Shown piece by piece: positions 1 through 9,146 of a stretch of DNA of 19,195 nt. Each line of letters starts with the position of its first letter. Position 1 is the first letter of the stretch. The DNA is from Trichoplax adhaerens (lineage: Eukaryota; Animalia; Placozoa). The notes under the pieces are model-generated. The model was not told where the DNA came from, searched no databases, and was given only the letters and a program-made list of their open reading frames with translations. The position numbers were made by a program, and so were the translations under genes. The DNA is taken from the NCBI RefSeq assembly GCF_000150275.1, contig NW_002060946.1:7441991-7461185 (forward strand), read 5' to 3'.

Positions 1-1478
1 ACTCATAAGCTATAATGAACTATGCGATAATCTACATAGATAATTCGTAAGCATAAAACAAAACTTAAGCTATAACAAATTTATAGCTAGGCTAAATTTT
101 TGAGGAAATTATAATCGAGTACTGTTGTTACTACTGCATATCGTTTTACGTATGAATGAAATAATTAATTAATTTCATTTAGAAAGTAACGGCGCCTATT
201 TATAAAGCAACAAAATATTAGATAGTAATTTTGTAAAATCACGGATTTTTTAATAAATACGGTAACACTACTATTAATTAATGACCTTATTTAAGTTTAC
301 TAATTACTGAGATTCAATGCTAATAAATACGTGAAATGTACTATGGTATTTAACGGAACTAATTAAGTATCAGTCCACAATGTCACTTCGACACAAATTC
401 CAATACAAAATGCTGTTTGAAATAGCGCCACAAAGTTACAAATCGAAATTTTTTTCGAGGAAAATTATAAGTATTATACAGAAAACTAAACACCACGAGC
501 CTACCGTCACTTTTATTCTCCCCGACATTTGCCTAGAGTAAGACTCTAAGTACTGATAATCGCCTAATATCAAGAGGAACAGTAACATTATTAATTTCTC
601 TTAGATAAAACTGAACCTATCCTTTATTGAAAAGTCATTCAAATTATAATCAATCGACATAAATATTAATTATAATTATTATATTTGTTAGCTTGACATT
701 AAAGTATTCCGAGTAAGACTTTGAGAAGAGATAACACAGATGATTTCTTTAAAATTACTTTATTCGTTTTTATTTAAATAGATATACTGTTAGCGATGTA
801 AGAGATAAACATTAACCACTAATGTTCTCTGAGACTGATATCTAAGAACTGCTCTTATGGCACGCAGTGGTCAGAATTAAGTGCGTAGCTTTCTTAAGCT
901 ACTAATTGGCCATAAAAAAAGCCAACTCGCCTGGTTAGAGCTAGTTCTCCTGGAATAACTAATAAAAATACAGTAATACTGGGATATACATGCTCGTTAA
1001 AATGCCGAGTAACCCTGCTAGGTTACGACAGCCAGCACTAAATAAATTATAACACTATAATCATAGAGTGCAGCTTAGGATTCAATCTTTTACTCCTATA
1101 AGGCAGATTATAAGACAAGGATGTAAGATAATGAAACCAATTCGATACAAAATAATCCAGTTGATAAGTTCAAATACTAAAAATGAGCACAATAATATAT
1201 AGTTCTAGCGAAATTTATTTTAAATGTTATTATAGCTAATGATATTAAATGTGGGGCAGTACGAATTGTAATATTGAACAGAGAATTAATCGAAAGCAGC
1301 CTGAGCCATAGCAGTGTTGTAGTTTATCAACACTTACTTTATTAAAACATACAGTTCTACAATATATTTTATCACTGTAATTAGCTGAAATCAGTAAATG
1401 TGTCCATAAAAAATTTGCATTAATTGAATCTTAATCGGCTAACTATCAATATCTGCTGCATCTGCTTGCTATTCCCGT

Positions 1479-2437
1479 TCAAGATTTAAAATTGCAAATA
1501 CCATAAATTCGATAACATAGATTTCGTAATACCATTTTAATATTCTTGTCAAGAGAAAAGAACAAGGTCGGATTGACTAAGTAGGAGAAAAGATTAATAG
1601 TATATAATAGCGAATATCCTAATATTATACTTATATCATCTAAGAGATAAGAGTACCGATTTTGGCAAAATATTGCATAAAGTAAGGTTGCAATTACAAA
1701 GAGTAACGTTAATGACACTTGCATAATAGTTGCAATTATAAACCTTCGAAGTACACTCTTCGTACGGTTGGTTGAAGACTCATTATCATATCTGGCAGCA
1801 GTATTGTGGGATGTTTGATTGAATAAATAATGCCAATCCGCCTATAATTTCTTCTTATTATTAATACCGGAATCATACAGACGAGCAGCAAATATGCAAG
1901 AAGAGTAGATAGCGTTAAATATATAACCATATGGATAGCCAATATCACAAGTTTTCGCTTTTAAATCCTATGATCCAACTAGAAACGCAGGAAAGGCACA
2001 CACCATACTAATTAACCACGACAATATAATAATACTAGTGCAATGTTTAGATATTACCGAGTTTCGAAATGTTAATGGACTAGTAGCAAGTTTTAATCGA
2101 TAGATACTAATCGCTGTCAAACTTAAAATGGATGTATTATTTGAAATAGAAGGCATTTCTTGTTAAATTTTACATATGACATCACCTGTAGATTTTGATA
2201 TGACCTCACCTGATATTGTATTGGTAGTAAGGATAAATATCTAGATGGAAGAAATGACATCAGATATTGCGACATTAGTAATAAAATTATAAGACTGATC
2301 TTGTAGTTTTTTGGCTGATAACCGAAATACTACTAGAATACCGTTACTGAAAAATGTCAGCATGCAAAAAAAAGACACTATACAATCAAAATCAAGTTAC
2401 TTTGCTGATAAAGGAGCATTGCAGTATTATTAGACAT
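1479..2437 (-). pseudogene. Disrupted rhodopsin-class (class A) GPCR, a diverged paralog of the two intact GPCRs in this window
   Basis: Manual translation gives MSNNTAMLLYQQSNLILI / IVSFFCMLTFFSNGILVVFRLSAKKLQDQSYNFITNVAISDVISSI*IF...DVICKI*QEMPSISNNTSILSLTAISIYRLKL...SWLISMVCAFP...GS*DLKAKTCDIGYPYG... / MIPVLII..NY / ...LVNPTLFFSLDKNIK. This is colinear with KKLLDPTY, NVAASD, FCKV, ISLYRLK, KTC..GFPFG and NPILFLFFDKNIR of the intact paralogs. Lesions: a frameshift near 2381-2396, in-frame stops at 2241-2243, 2163-2165 and 1968-1970, and two compensating frameshifts near 1885 and 1835. Confidence 0.88.
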
Positions 2438-4259
2438 TGTCTACCAGAAAATTTGTCAAATGGAACTATTACAACAATTTACTGTTCTAAGAAATAGACA
2501 GTTACAGAAACAATCATCGAATCATGAACACTGTATTATAGCAGGAAAGATTTATGATTAATATCAAATAATAAATACTTTAGGTCAAAAGATTAGGGGA
2601 TCTTCTCAATCTTATCTGACATTGCGGCGTTAATAAAAAAATTTAACAGCTTATTAATTGTTAACTACACAATCACATCGACTATTACACTTAGTAACGA
2701 TTTTATCTCGTTCATGAAGCCTTTTAGTAAATTGATATCCATTTGGCGAAAATTTTTTTGGGCGACTTCGCTAAATCATTTTTTTACTATCATAGATCTA
2801 ATAAATGACATAATTGAATTATTTTTAGGAACCTAGATAGGCCATGAAATTGCATTTATACAGTTGTTGAATAAGTATTGATTTATTAAAACAGCAATTA
2901 CGATTACTAATTAGCTTTTCAATTATTAAATATCAATGAGGTAAAATATGATTAGCGCATGTGTTGCTAGGTAATATTGTACTAATTAAGTTAAGATAGT
3001 GCATGTAACATGTTTACAAAATATTCAATAATTAATTATAACCCATTAAGTAATTTTAACTTATTCTAAAGTTACTTTTGAAGGAAACAAATAATTATGT
3101 AAAGTGGCGCTAATAAATAATCAAGACAATACTTTAATGGTTGTAGTTGATTAGATGTCGTATAAAATTTATGTGACTTGAGCATACTGTAATTTTAAAT
3201 ATGCTTACTCTTTACGATATTGGAAATTAGTAGAAGAGCAAGGATATTTTTATGTAGATTGATTTGCTCGATAAAATTTCTTGATTGTCTAATTGAGGAG
3301 AAGTGTTCTCTTAGATGACTCAAGTCTTACTGTAGGCAACTTTGTTACCGTAAATCGATTAAGCTAAGTGTATTTAATTCAGAACTACAAATAGGAGGTT
3401 GTAATATACTTTGCTTCTTCCAGACTTAGGATACTTTAAATTAAAGCTAATAAACTTTAGCTCTTGTTTTCTTAAAAGTCTGTAATAAAAGCCTTTTTGA
3501 AATTCTATCTGCTTTGAGACAATTATGCTGTGAGAATTAGATTTAGATTAGATAGAATAGATAGGAGGCACTTTTAATACCATCACTATTTGCATCTAGC
3601 ATATGTTTTTGTTAAATGATTGAATAGTAATTTTTTAAAGTAATTAATCTTTTATTTCATTAATGAATTCAATTTTCGAAGCCTAAGTGACTAAGTCCAA
3701 TTATAAAATTCCCCCAAAATTTGAACTATCGAATACATATCGCAAGCTATACATTATTGCCTTGATTTATTTATTGATATTGTTCATTTATACACTTGAC
3801 AAATACATTTAAATTTAAATAATATTGAAGAGAAATATAGAAGCTGACATATAAACATAGCTTTATTAGGCTACTTTTATAGTGACTAACTGATACTGTG
3901 ATAAAATAAAAAGCTTACTTTTAATACGTTTAAGCATCGAACAAAGTTGCGTTACATAGCATTTACAGTGTTATGCAATAAACAACTAACTATACCAAAG
4001 GTTAAAATCTTTCTTAGTAAAAGGTACGTAGACTACGTTTACTAATAGCAGCCTATTTGTTGGAAACTTTAAATAAACACTTGCAATAATACTGGCAAAG
4101 ATTTAAAGATTATCGAAGATTTCTTACAAATTTTGCATATTATATTCAGTTTTGTTTATAATTCCATATAGTCCTTAATTTAGACTCTGTTACGGATGAA
4201 TTCAGAATATTTTATGATATTGTATTGTAATATACTAGTAATATTCAGTGGTGGTAGAA

Positions 4260-4974
4260 NNNNNNNNNNNNNNNNNNNNNNNNNNNNNNNNNNNNNNNNN
4301 NNNNNNNNNNNNNNNNNNNNNNNNNNNNNNNNNNNNNNNNNNNNNNNNNNNNNNNNNNNNNNNNNNNNNNNNNNNNNNNNNNNNNNNNNNNNNNNNNNNN
4401 NNNNNNNNNNNNNNNNNNNNNNNNNNNNNNNNNNNNNNNNNNNNNNNNNNNNNNNNNNNNNNNNNNNNNNNNNNNNNNNNNNNNNNNNNNNNNNNNNNNN
4501 NNNNNNNNNNNNNNNNNNNNNNNNNNNNNNNNNNNNNNNNNNNNNNNNNNNNNNNNNNNNNNNNNNNNNNNNNNNNNNNNNNNNNNNNNNNNNNNNNNNN
4601 NNNNNNNNNNNNNNNNNNNNNNNNNNNNNNNNNNNNNNNNNNNNNNNNNNNNNNNNNNNNNNNNNNNNNNNNNNNNNNNNNNNNNNNNNNNNNNNNNNNN
4701 NNNNNNNNNNNNNNNNNNNNNNNNNNNNNNNNNNNNNNNNNNNNNNNNNNNNNNNNNNNNNNNNNNNNNNNNNNNNNNNNNNNNNNNNNNNNNNNNNNNN
4801 NNNNNNNNNNNNNNNNNNNNNNNNNNNNNNNNNNNNNNNNNNNNNNNNNNNNNNNNNNNNNNNNNNNNNNNNNNNNNNNNNNNNNNNNNNNNNNNNNNNN
4901 NNNNNNNNNNNNNNNNNNNNNNNNNNNNNNNNNNNNNNNNNNNNNNNNNNNNNNNNNNNNNNNNNNNNNNNNNN
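4260..4974. other. Assembly gap (715 N)
   Basis: Run of N. The ORFs spanning it in the track are artefacts. Confidence 0.99.
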
Positions 4975-5836
4975 ATTAATTTTTACTTCGCTATAACAGA
5001 ATTCCATTACGTATGATCAATAGTTAATCATCTATGCTTTAGTTCGATTGGACCCTAGAAATACACGAAAATAGAAATAAGCAATTCCTATTATTCGTTC
5101 GTGTTTATAAATCTTACTCTCCTGCTGTTCTTCCTACATTATAAAATTAATTCTTAAGCATCTATCTCGTTGATTGTGCTAGTTACGTGACAAGCTCGTA
5201 ACCTATATCTATTCCATTTTGCTATTGCTATTCGACTAGATCACGTCTTTTATCTGTTATCTAATATTATACGATTTCCTCTAAAGCTGGCTGCAATAAA
5301 AACTACTGTTTCACTTCTTTATCCGTCGTTATTTATTTCTGATACGACTATTAGCAATATTCCATAATATTACATCTAGCTTAAAATCTAAAATATCCTC
5401 TTGTTACAGTGTTATATACTGTATTACAGTAGAAATATCAATGTTAGGATAATTCTATTAGATATCCTTATTTAGTTAACTTCTAATTTGGATATACTGT
5501 ATTTTAATATAGCACTGACTTTTTATGACAGTGACACTTATACACATACTGAAATTAATAGTTATAATAGGGAATGCAAATCATCTGCTTACAGTTCGAA
5601 TCATTGTGATTGTAATTTACTTATGGTAGACTGTAAATTATCATGGAAATGTTCAGTGATAGGACATATCGTAATCTGACTATTCTGTATTAGTCATTAT
5701 ATGTCTATGTTCGTAAATACTGTTGTCTGCATTAAGGGAGCAGTAGCTAAAATTAATATCTAATTCAGTAAATGATTCTAATGTTAATTGTATTAACTAT
5801 GACTCATGAACTATTAAGGAATAGTAATAAGTGCAG

Positions 5837-5886
5837 NNNNNNNNNNNNNNNNNNNNNNNNNNNNNNNNNNNNNNNNNNNNNNNNNN
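5837..5886. other. Assembly gap (50 N, probably a placeholder of unknown size)
   Basis: Run of exactly 50 N. Confidence 0.98.
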
Positions 5887-6714
5887 CCATCTGATAGGCG
5901 AAAGCGAAGTGAACAACGTGGAAATGCACGATCAGCAAAGCGGCGGGAGCTTGGACTAGTATACGTAATTTATATGTTTTGAATATCACTTGTTTACGGG
6001 AGAACCATGTTAAAGGTGTGTAAGAGCTTTATAATTATAATGATTAACTATCTAGAATGACGAGGTAAATGAAACTGTAGTGAAAGTGCTTTTTTTAATA
6101 AAGGCTTTTCACCTAGAGTGGTACTTTCTTAAATACTTAGCTGACTAATGTAGTACAACTTCTGTACTACAAGATAGTAAAAGCGCCTCATTTATATACT
6201 CTAACATTGGCATGAATCTGCATAACTTCTCTAACATTGCGATAACATTCTTGAGATATCATTTTTCAGTATAACACAATTGACTAATAAACATACTTGT
6301 ACCGTACAACATTAATTTATCATTTACCAGTACAGCAATACAAGATAACGGTAACAACTATGCATAGTTAAGGATATTAATCCTTAAGAACAATATTATC
6401 TAGCGTTGCTAGTCTAGCAGTCGCGACAAGAGAGTACTTTACCTACAGAAGCGTATTTATATTCTTTTCAGATTACAGAAATCCTTCTCAGGATACTTTA
6501 TTTTAAATAATGAAAAGATCTATCAATTTTATACCAGAGTGTAAAAGCTATCGCCTACGAGTACACATAATATTTCATATGTCTGTACTTAATATATAGT
6601 CTACTCTCGTTAATTTTTGAATAACAGGTCTATCAATAAATAAACAGGCTGTACAGTGCACACTGTAAAAACTCGGGAGTACTGTGTACAGTACAGTATG
6701 CCAACTATAAATTA

Positions 6715-7000
6715 CAGGAACGCCGGAAATCGAGAACAGTCCTAGAATCCTCGCGACGGCGAAAGGAGAAAGTTTGTGAGATTGCAAAGTATAGGTTGAC
6801 GACGANNNNNNNNNNNNNNNNNNNNNNNNNNNNNNNNNNNNNNNNNNNNNNNNNNATAGCGCATAGACTTCAGATACCTGAATTAGAGAGTAGCGTGCAA
6901 ATGTTTCTAAACTATCAGATAATTAGAGCGAGACGAACTTTCCTTCAATAAGAACGACGACTTTGCACGGTAGAAGAGAGACGCAGGAATGATGTCAAAA
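6715..7000 (+). promoter_or_regulatory. CpG/GC-enriched segment, candidate promoter or first non-coding exon of the integrase-derived gene
   Basis: Local CpG enrichment against the AT-rich background, an ETS-like GCCGGAAAT at 6722-6730 and TCGCGA at 6751-6756. It lies about 1 kb upstream of the ATG at 7892, and a splice acceptor (ttgttatatag, ending 7860) precedes the first coding exon. Confidence 0.35.
6806..6855. other. Assembly gap (50 N, probably a placeholder of unknown size)
   Basis: Run of exactly 50 N. Confidence 0.98.
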
Positions 7001-7891
7001 TTCAGCAATGTAGCGTCTTCTTGATAGTACTGTATCTTATTCTTTAGTATCGATCTGTTGGTGTTGGAAAATCGTTAATTTCACTAAATACGAAACTACT
7101 GAACAAACGCAAGCTAGATAGCTCGTACAGACCTATGATACGACAGTTTAGAACTTCAAAAGGATCTGTGGAATAGTATTAGTTTTGTAAGATACAGTAA
7201 CATATACGCGTATAATACATATTGGAGTAGACAGATAATGTTATACTGTTATTTTATCTACCGATATTTTACTATACTGACGCATGGTTTAATAAATATT
7301 CGTAGAGTAAAAGTCATTATGGCATGTAGTGTCTTAACATTCAAGTATGTGTGTCAGAATAAAGTGAAGACTTGAATTCTATTCGGAATTGATTCCAGCG
7401 TTGGCATGCTTTCTTTTGTTATGTACACTTGCCAAAACTAAACTATATTGTCGCTAAACAGTAAAGAATGATAATACAAACTTGTTACAACATGCCTAGA
7501 CACTCTACTATTGCCATTCGTCCATTACAACACAGTGGAGGCTGTGCTTTTAATTTTCTTAACTCAAAGATTAGAAATTAATTTAACTACGATGCTATGT
7601 TTTCTATTCGCTAAGGGTAGCGTCAAGCTTCCATACGAGCATACGTATAGCATAATTATAATTATCTATTCTAGTTTGGGTAATAACTTGTACTAATAAG
7701 GTAGCGAAGAATATTAGAAGTGCAAGTGTTAAAAGTAGAGTAATACGTTAATTAATTACGTTGAATAGCTCTTTCATAAATTTTGTTTCTCGTATGAATG
7801 TTATCAAGAAGGTATGTAGAATCATTTCTGATTATATTTTACATTTAATTTGTTATATAGGACGCAATCTGGAGGACATTCATAGTTTGCA

Positions 7892-9146
7892 ATGATGGAT
7901 GAAGAATTACGAATAGAATTTGACACAGAAGTTGCCAAATTTCGTGATTTAAAAACTAGCGCTTGGTCATTAACTAGAAATAAATACAACATGATTGCAA
8001 ATCGATTGCAACAACTGGTAGCGGATAAGTTACAGGCTAAGTCCTCCTACGATTATCACATCCTCAAGCGATATGAAGTCCGTTTGGTTTCGCATGATAG
8101 TCAGGATAATAGTTTAAAATTATTTATTAAGGGAACAAATAAACAATTTGTTGCAATTGAAGACATATTTGATATTATTCACTCTATACATATCCAAGCA
8201 AACCATGGCGGGCGCAATAAAATGAATGGGATATTGGCCAAGCAGTACGCTAACATAACGAGAAAACATTTACTTATTTACAAGCAGCTATGTCGTATTT
8301 GTACTGCGAAAGATCACAAAAACAAGCGTAAATCAGTAATCTCTGAACGTAAATCTTATAACGCTTTTTCAAGGTGCCAGGTAAGACAACAGGTATTAAA
8401 ATTTCCATTAAGTTACGGTAATTATCGGAATCATTATCCGCTAGATAGAGGTATTGGATATGGGTATTCTCCATCAAGATGACCTGCGATATATTCTAGT
8501 TTACCAAGACCAACTTACCAATTTTACGAAACTTAAGGCTTTAAAAACTAATACATCGTTAGAAGTTGCAGATCAGTTAGCGCAAATAATTTGTGACATT
8601 GGCGCTCCAGTAATTCTTCAAACTGTACATGGACCAAAATTTGCAAAAGAGGTCAAAAATTAAGATACTTATTAGTATTAGAGACGTATGTTCATAGTTA
8701 TTACTTCTAAAATGTTGTCTTTCATATCACATATATATTTTATCTTGATGTACGGTAATAAGCTTTTACTGTATATGTTACAGGTTCTAGACGAGTTAAG
8801 CCGCTTGTGGCCATATTGTAGATTAGTCTATAGTGACACAATGCATTCAAATCTCCAAAATTCCGTGGATACTACTATAAATATAGTCCAATCATTATTA
8901 ACGACTTCGCAATCAGATTTTGAAGCCAATATGAAATGGAGTATAAGATTATCATACATTCAGTGGCAAATAAATAACAGATTACATCCGATTATTGGTC
9001 GCACTCCATACGAAGCAATGTTCGGTTGTAAGCCAGCAGTTAGAATGATCCATGGTGCATTACCTGCTGAATTAATTGTTCGACCTAAGCAGGAACTTAA
9101 CTTGGTACAAAATGAAAATGAGATCGTATCGTCAAGGTATAATTAG
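7892..9146 (+). CDS. KRBA2/SCAND3-like (GINGER2/TDD-type) integrase-domain protein, catalytically degenerate; 3 coding exons 7892-8380, 8445-8651, 8784-9146; about 352 aa
   Basis: The spliced product has an HHCC zinc finger (H-x4-H-x28-C-x2-C: HIQANHGGR...CRIC) and rve-core motifs RCQIEVLDM, YILVYQDQLTNFTKLKALK, GAPVILQTVHGPKF, LSRLWP, W..RLSYIQWQINN and RTPYEAMFG. Two phase-0 GT-AG introns join the three ORF fragments without gaps relative to the family alignment as I recall it. The 3' end may splice further (donor at 9137). Confidence 0.88.
8381..8444 (+). other. Intron 1 of the integrase-like gene (64 nt, phase 0)
   Basis: CAG|GTAAGA donor and CTAG| acceptor. Removal restores RCQ-IEVLDM, matching the family motif RCQVDLIDM. 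Confidence 0.85.
8652..8783 (+). other. Intron 2 of the integrase-like gene (132 nt, phase 0)
   Basis: GAG|GTCAAA donor and TTACAG| acceptor. It contains an in-frame TAA (8661-8663). Removal restores FAKE-VLDEL..LWP and a 36-residue spacing between the second and third catalytic positions. Confidence 0.8.

Noticed and set aside
2167-2213. About 24-bp near-tandem repeat within the GPCR pseudogene (GEVISKS / GDVICKI)
   Set aside because: The loop has the same length (22 residues) as in the intact paralogs, so it is not an insertion. Probably coincidental or ancient.
2741-2776. Short inverted repeat ATTTGGCGAA...TTCGCTAAAT (similarly GTAATAGT...ACTATTAC at 17521-17541)
   Set aside because: Short, isolated hairpins with no supporting context.
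4180-5007. Long ORFs 4180-5007, 4196-4996 and 4248-4979
   Set aside because: They consist almost entirely of N-gap codons.
8688-8783. Hydrophobic N-terminus of track ORF 8688-9146 as a signal or transmembrane segment
   Set aside because: It is translated intron 2 sequence. The C-terminal tail of ORF 7892-8482 likewise comes from intron 1 and an out-of-frame reading of exon 2.
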